Source: an uncultured Actinomycetes bacterium (lineage in GTDB: Bacteria > Actinomycetota > UBA4738 > HRBIN12). From it: a stretch of 64,000 nucleotides of DNA. Location: contig CAWHGC010000010.1 of assembly GCA_963828885.1 (NCBI GenBank), positions 28,915 through 92,914 of the forward strand, written 5' to 3'. Below are positions 9,762 through 18,769 of this stretch, one piece after another (within the stretch, counting starts at the first letter, position 1; every line of letters starts with the position of its first letter). The translations under genes and the position numbers were made by a program. The notes beneath the pieces were generated by a model. That model had not been told where the DNA came from. It searched no databases and saw nothing but the letters and a program-made list of their open reading frames with translations.

Positions 9762-10759
9762 ACGCCCCACCGCAGGCCGGCGGTCTTCACCGGCGCGTCC
9801 CACAGCTTCGTGAGCTCGTCGTTCAGCTTCAGCAGCGTGATCGAGCAGCCCGCCATCTCGAGCGAGGTGATGTACGAGCCGATCAGGTTGCGGGTGATCT
9901 TCACGCCACGCCCCTGGAGGTACTTGTTCAGCTCGTTGTACACCACGTACAGCTCGATCAGCGGGGTGCCGCCCATGCCGTTGACGAACGCGAGGACCTC
10001 GTCGCCCTTCGCGAACGGCAGGTCGTCGACGATCGGGCCGGCCATCGTCTCCACGATCTCGTGCACGGGCGCGAGCTTCCTGCGCTCGCGTCCGGGCTCG
10101 CCGTGGATGCCGACGCCGATCTCCATCTCGTCCTCGCCGATGTCGAACGTGGGCTTGCCGGCGGCCGGCACCGTGCACGAGGTGAGCGCCATGCCCATGC
10201 TGCGGCCTCGGGCGTTCACGTCCCGCGCGACGTCCGCGACCTCCTTCAGCGGGCGCCGTTCCTCGGCGGCGGCGCCGGCGATCTTCTCCAGCAGCACCGT
10301 GGTGCCGACGCCGCGGCGGCCGGCCGTGTACAGGCTGTCCTGCACGGCCACGTCGTCGTCGACGAGCACGGACTCGACCTCGACGCCCTCGGCGCGGCAC
10401 AGCTCCGCCGCCATGTCGAAGTTCATCACGTCGCCCGTGTAGTTCTTCACGATGTGCACGACACCGGCGCCGCCGTCGACGGCCTTCGTCGCCGACTCCA
10501 TCTGGTCGGGCGTCGGGGAGGTGAAGACCTCGCCCGGGCAGGCCGCGTCGAGCATGCCCATGCCGACGAACCCGCCGTGCATGGGCTCGTGGCCGGAGCC
10601 GCCGCCCGAGACCAGGGCCACCTTGCCCTGCACCGGCGCGTCGGCGCGCAGCACCGTGTACGGGTCGTACGTGACCTTGATCAGGTCCGCGTGCGCCGCC
10701 TCCATGCCCTGGAGTGCCTCCCGTACGACGTCGGCCGGGTCGTTGATCAGCTTCTTCAT
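9758..10759 (-). CDS. dhaK: Dihydroxyacetone kinase DHA-binding subunit DhaK
   Basis: Intact 333-aa ORF: [20 protein letters not shown]...[20 protein letters not shown]...[12 protein letters not shown]. Confidence 0.93.
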   Translation of the reverse strand: MKKLINDPADVVREALQGMEAAHADLIKVTYDPYTVLRADAPVQGKVALVSGGGSGHEPMHGGFVGMGMLDAACPGEVFTSPTPDQMESATKAVDGGAGVVHIVKNYTGDVMNFDMAAELCRAEGVEVESVLVDDDVAVQDSLYTAGRRGVGTTVLLEKIAGAAAEERRPLKEVADVARDVNARGRSMGMALTSCTVPAAGKPTFDIGEDEMEIGVGIHGEPGRERRKLAPVHEIVETMAGPIVDDLPFAKGDEVLAFVNGMGGTPLIELYVVYNELNKYLQGRGVKITRNLIGSYITSLEMAGCSITLLKLNDELTKLWDAPVKTAGLRWGV

Positions 10760-10785
10760 CGCTTCGCCTCCTCAGGTCGTCGTGT

Positions 10786-11519
10786 CTAGAAGTGTCCGAA
10801 CGCGGCCGCGCCGAGGATGCCGCCGAGGGCGCCACCGATCAGCGGGCCGACGACGGGGATCCACGAGTAGCTCCAGTCCGAGCCGCCCTTGCCGGGGATC
10901 GGCAGGATCGCGTGGATGATGCGTGGCCCCAGGTCGCGGGCCGGGTTGATCGCGTACCCCGTCGGACCGCCGAGCGACAGCCCGATGCCGAGCACGAGCA
11001 GGCCCACCAGCAGCGGCCCGAGGCCGGCCGACAGGCTCGCCGTTCGGGTCGCCGCCGATCTTGAAGATCGCGTACACGCCGAAGACCAGCACGAAGGTGC
11101 CGATGACCTCGGTGATCAGGTTCGCGACGGTGTTGCGGATCGCGGGGCCGGTGGAGAAGACCGCGAGCTTCAGGCCCGGGTCCTCGGTCTCGCCCCAGTG
11201 CGCGTAGTACGCCAGCCACACGAGGATCGCGCCGATGCCGGCGCCCGCGAACTGGCCCCCGAGGTACTCCGGTACCTTGCTCCACGGCAGGTCGCCGGCG
11301 GCCGCCTGCCCGATCGTGACGGCCGGGTTCAGGTGCGCGCCGCTCTTCGTGGCGGCGAACACACCGATCATCACGCGCGATCGCCCAGCCGAAGGTGATG
11401 ACGATCCACCCGGAGTTCTGGGCCTTGGACTTGTTGAGCAGCACGGCCGCGACCACGCCGTCGCCCAGCAGGATCAGGAGCCCCGTCCCGATCATCTCCG
11501 ACACGAACGTGCTGTCCAT
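10786..11519 (-). pseudogene. glpF: Glycerol uptake facilitator (aquaglyceroporin, MIP family), two frame breaks (~11375, ~11035)
   Basis: Three collinear pieces: [21 protein letters not shown]...ITFGWA / [19 protein letters not shown]...[10 protein letters not shown] / [33 protein letters not shown]. Both NPA boxes are present. Confidence 0.9.
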
Positions 11520-11635
11520 GACACCCCCTTGCTCCGGGCCCGCCGACGGGGCCTCGCCTATCGAGCAGGCTCGGTCGTTCCCACAACCGTCGTCAAGACG
11601 TCACATCGCCGAAACGTATGCGAAACTGCCGCGAC

Positions 11636-11658
11636 GTGTTCGGCATCGCCGAACACGG
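11636..11658. promoter_or_regulatory. Perfect inverted repeat cGTGTTCGGC-ATC-GCCGAACACg in the glpF / dhaL2-iclR divergent intergenic region; candidate IclR-type operator
   Basis: 10-bp arms read directly. A related half-site ATCGCCGAAAC lies about 30 bp upstream (~11604-11616). Confidence 0.4.
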
Positions 11659-11751
11659 GCACGACGGGCGACGACGCCCGAGTTGACAGCGCGGAGGTCC
11701 GAGTCGATGGTGGCCGAACCGGGAGTTCCCGACCGGGCAGGAGGCGCGGCG

Positions 11752-12406
11752 ATGCGCGTGGACGAGGTCGTGCTGGACACCGGCTTCGTCCAACGATGGC
11801 TCGACGAGGCCGCCGCGCAGATCCACCGCAACCGGGACTTCCTGACGCAGCTCGACGCCGCGATCGGCGACGCCGACCACGGCGTGAACATGGACCGAGG
11901 CTTCTCGGCGGCGCGGGACGGCCTCGTGGTCGGGGTGCGCGACGACGCCGGGCGCCCTGCTCGACCAGGCGGGCGCAACGCTGGTGCTGCGGGTCGGCGG
12001 CGCGGCCGGGCCGCTGTTCGGCACCGCGCTGCGCCGGGCGGCCGGCGCGCTCGGCGAGGCCGAGATCCTCGACGGCGAGACGCTGCTGCGCGCGATGCGT
12101 GCCGGCCTCGACGGCATCCAGCGGCTCGGCGCCGCGGTCGAGGGCGACAAGACGATCGTCGACGCGTACGCGCCGGCGATGCTCGCGTTCGAGCGCGGGC
12201 TCCGCGGTGGGCGCGACGTCTCGTCGGCTGCGGTGAAGGCGGCGGCGGCGGCCGACGCCGGTGCGCGGGCGACGGTGCCCATGCAGGCCCGGAAGGGCCG
12301 GGCGTCGTACCTCGGGCCGCGCAGCATCGGGCATCAGGATCCGGGGGCGACCTCGACGGCGCTGCTGTTCGCGGCTCTGGCACACGCCGTCGGCGATCGG
12401 GAGTGA
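11752..12406 (+). pseudogene. Second DhaL-domain (DAK2) protein, one frame break near 11940-11955
   Basis: ATG 11752 after GGAGG: [51 protein letters not shown]. Then ORF 11984..12406: ...LRVGGAAGPLFG...[21 protein letters not shown]. Confidence 0.85.
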
Positions 12407-12425
12407 CCCTGCGGCAGGTGCGGGC

Positions 12426-13231
12426 ATGGTGACGTCGGCGCCGAACCGGCGCGGCACGATCCAGTCGGTCGATCGCGCGGCGCGGATCCTGCGCGAGCTC
12501 GGCTCGGGCACGGCGCGGCTCGGCGTGACGGAGATCGCCGAGCGGCTCGGGATCGCGAAGGCGACGATCTACGGCCTGCTGCGCACCCTCGAGGCGCAGG
12601 AGTTCGTCGAGCAGGACCCCGAGACCGGCAAGTACCGCCTGGGCCCGGCGATGCTCCAGCTCGGCAACGCGTTCCTCGACAACCACGAGCTCCGGTCGCG
12701 CTCCGTGCTGTGGGCGGACTCGCTGGCGACGCGCACCGGCGAGGCCGTGCGCATCGGCGTGCTGAACGGCGAGCACGATGCTGATCGTGCACCACGTCTT
12801 CCGGCCCGACGACTCCGTGCAGATCCTCGAGGTCGGCGCCTCGATCCCGTGGCACGCCTGCGCGCTCGGCAAGGCCAACGTCGCGTACGTGGAGTCGGTC
12901 CGGCGCGACGCCCTGCTGGCGGGCGCGCTGCCGGCGCTGACCGGCCGGACGATCACCGATCCCGCACGCCTGCGCGAGGAACTCGTGGCGGTGACGCGCG
13001 AAGGGTTCGCCCTCGAGGACGAGGAGGCGATCGTCGGCGAGGCCGAGATCGCCGCGCCGGTGTTCGACCATCGGGGCATGGCGGCCGGCGCCGTCGGCGT
13101 CGTCGGGCCCGGTCGAGCGGCTGGCGCCCGGTGGCACGGCCACGGCCGCCCTCTCCGCCGCCGTGCGCGAGGTCGCGCGCGGCCTCTCCCGCGACATGGG
13201 CGCCGGTCGGGTGGCCGCGCGGGGCGGATGA
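12426..13231 (+). pseudogene. IclR-family transcriptional regulator (GylR-like by context), two frame breaks (~12775, ~13105)
   Basis: MVTSAPNRRGTIQSVDRAARILRELGSGTARLGVTEIAERLGIAKATIYGLLRTLEAQEFVEQDPETGKYRLG. Effector domain in ORF 12778.. (ILEVGASIPWHACALGKA...EEAIVGEAEIAAPVFDHRG). Tail ...REVARGLSRDMGAG in a third frame, ending in an ATGA overlap. Confidence 0.85.
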
Positions 13232-14151
13232 GCCCCGAGCTCTCCCGACGTCACGGCAGCCTGCTCGTCCTCGGCGTGCTGGCGGTGTCGTTCTCCGCCG
13301 TGCTCGTCCGGCTCGCCGGCGACACGCCGAAGCTCGCCATCGCGTTCTACCGCTGCGGCATGGCGGCGGCGGTGCTGGTGCCCCTCGCGGTGCTGCGGCA
13401 CGGCGACGAGCTGCGCGGGCTGACCACGCGGCAGTGGCGCCTGGCCCTGCTGTCGGGGGTGTTCCTCGCCGCGCACTTCGCCACGTGGATCCCCTCGCTC
13501 TCGTTCACGAGCGTGGCGGCGAGCTCGGTGCTCGTCACCACGCAGCCCCTGTGGGTGGCGCTGTTCGGCCCGATCATCGGCGAGCGGCCCTCCCGCCGGG
13601 CGCTGGCCGGCATCGGCGTCGCGATGGCCGGCACGCTCGTGATCGCCGGCGGGGACTTCGGCGGGTCCGGACGGGCGCTGCTCGGCGACGCCCTCGCGCT
13701 GCTCGGCGCGATCTTCGCCGCCGGCTACGTGCTGTCGGGCCGGAACCTGCGCCGACACATGTCGGTCGTGCCGTACACGGCGGTCGTGTACGGGACGGCG
13801 GCCGCCATCCTCGCGGTCGTGCTGCTCGTGACCCGCACGCCGTTCACGGGCTACGAGCCGAAGGTGTGGCTGATCTTCGTGCTCATCACGATCGGCCCGC
13901 AGTTCCTCGGCCACACGGTGTTCAACTACCTGCTCGGCCACGTCGAGGCGTCGGTCGTCGCCATCGCCGTCATGGCCGAGCCGGTCGGCGCGACGCTGCT
14001 GGCGCTCGTGATCCTCGGCGAGGCGCCCTCGGCGGCGACGGTGGCCGGCGGCGCCCTGATCCTCGCCGGCATCTACCTGGCCATCGCGCGCAGCAACCGC
14101 GACCGAGCTGCTCGAGTCGCCGGTGGACTAGCGCGCATTTCTACGCGTTGA
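13228..14151 (+). CDS. EamA/DMT-family transporter
   Basis: MSPELSRRHGSLLVLGVLAVSFSAVLVRLAG... about 10 TM segments, two EamA-like halves. Part of ORF 12778..14151. Confidence 0.8.
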   Translation: MSPELSRRHGSLLVLGVLAVSFSAVLVRLAGDTPKLAIAFYRCGMAAAVLVPLAVLRHGDELRGLTTRQWRLALLSGVFLAAHFATWIPSLSFTSVAASSVLVTTQPLWVALFGPIIGERPSRRALAGIGVAMAGTLVIAGGDFGGSGRALLGDALALLGAIFAAGYVLSGRNLRRHMSVVPYTAVVYGTAAAILAVVLLVTRTPFTGYEPKVWLIFVLITIGPQFLGHTVFNYLLGHVEASVVAIAVMAEPVGATLLALVILGEAPSAATVAGGALILAGIYLAIARSNRDRAARVAGGLARISTR

Positions 14152-14219
14152 CCTTTCGGTCCGACACCTCAGTAGGTTCGGAGGTTCAGGTACGGACCCG
14201 AACGAAAGGGAGATGCCAT

Positions 14220-14531
14220 ATGCGCATGAAGACCTGGTTCGTGGCGGTGGTGTGCGCACTCGCCGTCGCGGGTCCCAGTGCAGGTGCCGCGTTCGCCGGT
14301 GAGGTGAAGGGACCTCCGGGCAGCGTCGGGCAACCCCGGTGTGCACGAAGGACGTGACCCACGCGAACTCGATCTGCTCGTTCTCCGGGCTGAACGACTT
14401 ACGTCAACGGTCCGACGGACTTCCACGTGCAGTCGTACGGGCAGGACGTCAGGCTGTACGGCGCGCGCCCGCAGGACGGGGGCTTCCCCGGCGACTCCTG
14501 CCAGGGCGGCAGCAACCCGTACAACCCGTAG
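14220..14531 (+). pseudogene. Small secreted Cys-containing protein (signal peptide), two frame breaks
   Basis: MRMKTWFVAVVCALAVAGPSAGAAFAGEVKGPPGSVG / PVCTKDVTHANSICSFSGLND / VNGPTDFHVQSYGQDVRLYGARPQDGGFPGDSCQGGSNPYNP-stop, assembled from three frames. AAGGGAG SD 8 nt upstream. Confidence 0.6.
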
Positions 14532-14548
14532 TCGTTCCGACTGGTTGG

Positions 14549-14577
14549 TTGGCCCCGGCGCTCAGCGTCGGGGCCAA
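14549..14577. terminator. 13-bp GC-rich stem, 3-nt loop, between convergent genes
   Basis: ttggccccggcgc-tca-gcgtcggggccaa read directly (one G-U pair). Confidence 0.6.
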
Positions 14578-14584
14578 CTGCTGT

Positions 14585-14830
14585 TCAGGGCTCGGGTTCG
14601 GTGCGCCGATCCACGTTCACTCCCCGAGCCGTGAGGATGCGGATGAGGTCGTTGATGGGTTGCACGTATCCCCGTTCCTCAGGCCCCGGGGGCAACGTGA
14701 ACCTGACGCGATCCACCGCCGTGAGTTCCTGGACGATCGCCTCCAACAGATCCGGCCACTCGGGTCCTCGCATGCCCTCGGCGAGGTTCACGTCGAGGCA
14801 ACCGTCCGTGGTCGTCATGGTCCAGGGCAT
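14585..14830 (-). CDS. MPW miniprotein paralog A (81 aa), unknown function
   Basis: MPWTMTTTDGCLDVNLAEGMRGPEWPDLLEAIVQELTAVDRVRFTLPPGPEERGYVQPINDLIRILTARGVNVDRRTEPEP. Start chosen by alignment with paralogs at 19235 and 20589. Confidence 0.6.
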   Translation of the reverse strand: MPWTMTTTDGCLDVNLAEGMRGPEWPDLLEAIVQELTAVDRVRFTLPPGPEERGYVQPINDLIRILTARGVNVDRRTEPEP

Positions 14831-15242
14831 CTCCTTCGAGTCAACAGCGCCCGGCCCTCCCCGCCAAGACCGGTTCCTTATCGGTCGATGGGCCTCTTGC
14901 CCGGCCCGGGAGTTGAGGCCTAACGTCACCACGATGTCCTTCATCGTGGAATGCCTGTCCTGTCAGCAGCCATGGGAGGTCTGCGACGTCCCTGCACACG
15001 ACGCCGGACGCGAGGATCGTCGTCCCGGCCCACATGCTGTTGAACCAGGACACGAGCGGATCGGAAGGGCGCCCCTGCGCGGGAGCGGTCTTCTCGGGGA
15101 TCGGCATGGGCGAGCGCGGACGGTGGCAGCGCGAATGGTCGATGAGGTACATCAACCGTCCGCTTCCTGCGGTGTTGGATGGCGCGACCTCGGTCAGGGT
15201 CGAGCGCTCGAACTGAGCGCACGGAACACGGCGGGACAGCGC

Positions 15243-15563
15243 CTAGGCGTTCTGCCCTGCGGGCTTCAGATCGGTCTTCTCGACGATGCGTTCCACGACC
15301 TGCTGCGGCACGTCCTCCCGGTCCCGCTTCTCCTCCTCCTGCTGCTGGTTCACCTCGACACGGGCGGCCTGCCAGGCAGACCAATGACCCGACACGAGGG
15401 CCCACAGGGAGAGGGCGGCCACGTACGTCACGCTGCTGATCCAGTGCGTGAGGATCGAGACCGGGATCATGACGAGCCAGAAGATGGTCAGCCAGCCGTT
15501 CACCCGCCGCATGAAGACGGGGTCACCTTGCACCGATGCCCACAGAGACTTGACGACACTCAC
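15243..15563 (-). CDS. Small membrane protein (2-3 TM, acidic/Gln-rich tail), unknown function
   Basis: ORF 15243..15563: ...VNGWLTIFWLVMIPVSILTHWISSVTYVAALSLWALVSGHW... followed by QQQEEEKRDRED. Confidence 0.55.
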   Translation of the reverse strand: MSVVKSLWASVQGDPVFMRRVNGWLTIFWLVMIPVSILTHWISSVTYVAALSLWALVSGHWSAWQAARVEVNQQQEEEKRDREDVPQQVVERIVEKTDLKPAGQNA

Positions 15564-15682
15564 CGGCCCCCACTACCCAAGCGTGGCCGGGTTATCCGCA
15601 CTCCCGACAGATTTCAGCCGGATGCCTTCGAAGGTCCGTCGACTGGTATCTGGGCCGATCCGCTCCCGTAGGCTGCACGCCG

Positions 15683-16711
15683 ATGGACCCTGAGCTCCTG
15701 ATCACGCTGGAGGACTACGAGGCGCCGGCACGCGAACGCCTCCCTGCCGACGTCTACGACTACATCGCCGGCGGCGCCGGCGACGAGTGGACGCTCGGCG
15801 AGAACCGCCGGGCCTTCGAGCGCTGGATGATCCGCCCCCGCATGCTCCGAGGCATCGGCGACGCCGACCTCGACACGTCGATCGAGCTCTTCGGCACGCC
15901 GCTCTCCATGCCCGTGATCGTCGCCCCCTGGGCCTACCAGTCCGGCGTGCACCCGGACGGCGAGGGCGGGACCGGGCGGGCCGCCGAGCGCGCCGGCACC
16001 GTCATGGTGGTGTCGACGACGACCGAGGCCTTCCTCGAGGAGGTGGCCGCCGCATCCACCGGGCCCAAGTGGTGGCAGCTCTACGTCTTCACCGACCGCG
16101 GCGTCACGGCCGAGATGCTGCGGCGGGTCGTGGCCTCCGGCTTCCGCGCCATCGTGATGACGGTGGACTTCCAGGACGCCGGCCTGCGCCACCGCGACAC
16201 CCGCCACGGCTTCGTCATGCCGATCGGCCTGTCCTCCTCCGAGCTGACCTACGACTCCGCCATCTCCTGGGACGACCTGCCGTGGATCCGCGAACACACC
16301 CCCGGCCTGCCCCTGCTGCTGAAGGGCATCCTCACCGCCGAGGACGCGGCCCTCGCGGTCGAGGCCGGCGTCGACGGCATCGTCGTGTCGAACCACGGCG
16401 GCCGCCAGCTCGACGGAGTGGCCGCCGGCATCACCGCGCTCCCCGAGGTGGTCGACGCCGTCGCCGGCCGCATCCCGGTGCTGATGGACGGCGGCGTCCG
16501 CCGCGGCACCGACGTCCTGAAGGCGCTGGGTCTCGGCGCGTCGGCGGTGCTGGTCGGCCGGCCCTGTGCATGGGGCCTGGCGGTCAACGGCGAGCAGGGC
16601 GTCGTCGACGTCCTGGAGATCCTGCGCGCCGAGCTGCGGAACGCCATGATCCTGAGCGGCTGCCGGACGCTGGGGGACATCACACCGGAGCTGATCACTC
16701 CCAGCCCGTGA
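15683..16711 (+). CDS. FMN-dependent alpha-hydroxy acid oxidase/dehydrogenase (L-lactate/glycolate oxidase family)
   Basis: Intact 342 aa: ...DYIAGGAGDEWTLGENRRAFERW...WWQLY...VSNHGGRQLDG...DGGVRRGTDVLKALGLGA. Confidence 0.88.
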   Translation: MDPELLITLEDYEAPARERLPADVYDYIAGGAGDEWTLGENRRAFERWMIRPRMLRGIGDADLDTSIELFGTPLSMPVIVAPWAYQSGVHPDGEGGTGRAAERAGTVMVVSTTTEAFLEEVAAASTGPKWWQLYVFTDRGVTAEMLRRVVASGFRAIVMTVDFQDAGLRHRDTRHGFVMPIGLSSSELTYDSAISWDDLPWIREHTPGLPLLLKGILTAEDAALAVEAGVDGIVVSNHGGRQLDGVAAGITALPEVVDAVAGRIPVLMDGGVRRGTDVLKALGLGASAVLVGRPCAWGLAVNGEQGVVDVLEILRAELRNAMILSGCRTLGDITPELITPSP

Positions 16712-16719
16712 CATGCGAA

Positions 16720-16741
16720 GGGCCGGCCCGAAGGCCGGCCC
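16720..16741. terminator. 9-bp GC stem, GNRA-like cgaa loop, between convergent genes
   Basis: gggccggcc-cgaa-ggccggccc read directly, 9 nt after the oxidase stop. Confidence 0.65.
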
Positions 16742-16761
16742 TGTCGCTCGGTGCTGTACGA

Positions 16762-18468
16762 CTACGTGCGTCGGACGGCTTGAAGGTTCCGCCACCCTTA
16801 CCGAAGTTGCACTGGTTCCGCTCGTTGTTGAAGAAGTTGTTCCCGGACGCGCTCGACGCCGCTCCGCCTGGTAGATCAGGAAGCCACACGCGATGATCAG
16901 ACTTGCGGCGTGTAGTTGTTCCCGCTCGACGAGTTCGATCTTCGACAACGTCGCGGTCGCTCCGAAACCAGACCTGGATCCCGTTCTGGGCGATGTAGTT
17001 GACGGACCATCGCCGGTCACCGACGTTGTTCTTGATCGTGGCTGCAACCGTGCCGTTCGCGACGATCCCGGTCTTCTGGTAGTCGCTCACCGTGTTGTCC
17101 GTTGACCGTGACGTTCGGCTTGCATGGAGGAACGACGCGTTCCGCACGTCGATGCGCGTTGCCCTCCTGGCAGCCATCGCCGTTCGCCGCCTGCTCGATC
17201 TCCGTCACGATGTTGTTCGTGATCGAAGCCCCGACACCGTCGAAGAGGATCCCGCGCAGCCGATCGCTGCCAGCCGTCACAGACAGTCCGCGAGGTTGGA
17301 CGCCGTCACCGTCAGTGTTCTTGATGGTGATGGCGCTCGTACCGGCCTGCGGCCTGAAGGACCGCGCCCTGGAAGTGATTCCCAGCCGGGTCGACAGCCG
17401 GTGATCGAGTGGCCGTCCCCGTTGAAGACCGTGGCCGCCGGCGTTCTGCGGCACGAGGATCGTGTGGTCGGTGACGCAGTCGGCCAGCAGCGTGTAGACG
17501 ATACTGGGCTGTGCCGGAGACGCTGACCAGGCACGTCGCCCAGCGACGGTCGCGATCGGGCCGCTCGTGAGGTTCAGGTTGTCCACGAGGAAGCCGTTGC
17601 CCTGGTTGGCCGCGTGAGTGATGCCATCGCGCCACCCTCGCGGAAGAGCAGGGAGTCGACGGTCCGCTGGTGTCAGTCCCTTCGCAGTAGCGGAAGTAGT
17701 CCTCCCACGAAGTACCCGTGTAGTCCAGCGCACCGCCGTCGATGTAGATCTTCACGACGTCGTTGCGCGGGCCGTCCACGAACTTCATGTGGAACCGGAT
17801 GTTGTGGACGCCACTGCGATTGATCGTGGCGATGTCGATGTCCGTGAAGTCGTCTCCAGCGCCGCAGCCGTCAGCAAGGTTGCTGGTCGAGCCGAACGGG
17901 AGCTGACGTCCTGGTAGTCGTCGAAGAAGACGTGGATCCCGTCTGCCTGGTCCTCGAAGCGCAGGTAGCTCATCCGCGCTCCGTCGCCACGGTCGGGGCT
18001 GACCGACATGTACATGTCGTCCTGCTCCGTGAGCTGCGTGGACGCGAAGTCGAACGACGCGTCGAAGGTCGGCTGCCGGGTACCGCCCGACAGGCCGCCG
18101 TTGTCCGCGGTGGTCTCGCCGGCCTCGTCAGCGAGGGACGGGGAGAAGGTCTGGTCTCCGAACGAGCCGCTCGTGATGTAGTTGGACAGGCGCAGAGCCT
18201 GGTCCCCGAACGAGGCGTGTCCGTAGGGGTTGGCGTCCACGACTTCCACGTCGTAGGCGCCGGTCTTGCTCCAGCCCTGCTGACCGTTGATGTTGCCGGT
18301 CGAGTAGGTCGGCGGCTCGAAGTTGATCGAGCTGGTGTCGGCGCTGGCGGCCGGAGCCGCTCCGAGCGTGAACGCTGCGGCGATCACCGTCATGGTGGTC
18401 GCGGCGGCGAGATGCCGCTTGCGTGTTCCGGACGCCAAGAAGGCGCCGAAGAGGTTCCTGACTCTCAT
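16762..18468 (-). pseudogene. Secreted protein: signal peptide + N-terminal beta-sandwich-like domain + right-handed beta-helix repeats; at least 4 frame breaks; 3' end approximate
   Basis: Collinear pieces in ORFs 17785..18468 (MRVRNLFGAFLAS...AAPAASADTSSINFEPPTYSTGNINGQQGW...), 17312..17788, 17017..17733 (GASITNNIVTEIEQAANGDGCQEGNA) and 16695..17177 (TIKNNVG...GNNFFNNERNQCNFGKGGGTFKPS). GC is visibly lower than in the flanks. Confidence 0.65.
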
Positions 18469-18599
18469 ATCTGTCCCTTCGGTCGTGGGCCGACGAACTG
18501 GGTGACGGCAAGGGCCGCCGTCACGGGGGGATCCCTGGTGCGTCCCCGGATGGGGGATGGACCATCGCCGCCGACACTAAGCCTTATGGGGGACAGGCG

Positions 18600-18611
18600 T
18601 CAAACGTTTGA
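18600..18611. promoter_or_regulatory. 12-bp perfect palindrome TCAAACGTTTGA (LacI/PurR-type operator core); related sites at 18690..18701 and 18729..18739
   Basis: Read directly. Site 2 is CAAAGCGTTTGA (one extra base). Site 3 is CGAACGTTTGC and overlaps the -35 at 18736. Confidence 0.4.
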
Positions 18612-18735
18612 GCGCTATGAGCGCGCCTTGCCTCGGAAGGAAAGGGCTGGTGACCAGGTAGAACAGCTCGGAATTGATTTCTGAGGAACCAAAGCGTTTG
18701 AGAGACACGGCACTAGGCATGATTCGAACGAACGT

Positions 18736-18764
18736 TTGCTACTTCGTAGATCCGTGCCTATACT
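18736..18764 (+). promoter_or_regulatory. Sigma-70-like promoter TTGCTA-17 nt-TATACT, 5 nt separating it from ATG 18770 (leaderless-type)
   Basis: Hexamers and spacing counted directly. No SD between -10 and ATG. Confidence 0.55.
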
Positions 18765-18769
18765 GGCTC

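Noticed and set aside
14831-14944. Longer 119-aa version of MPW-A starting at MKDIVV.
   Set aside because: Paralogs B and C begin at MPW and have unrelated upstream sequence. The extension is not conserved.
14841-15216. Possible gene upstream of MPW-A (…MYLIDHSRCHRPRSPMPIPEKTAPAQGRPSDPLVSWFNSMWAGTTILASGVVCRDV…).
   Set aside because: No recognisable family, no clear start or RBS, and a competing frame of similar length. I cannot support a call.
18674-18769. N-terminal extension of the HTH protein (track start 18674).
   Set aside because: A near-consensus -35/-10 promoter lies inside it. The extension is Cys/Tyr/Trp-odd and lower GC, like the intergenic sequence.
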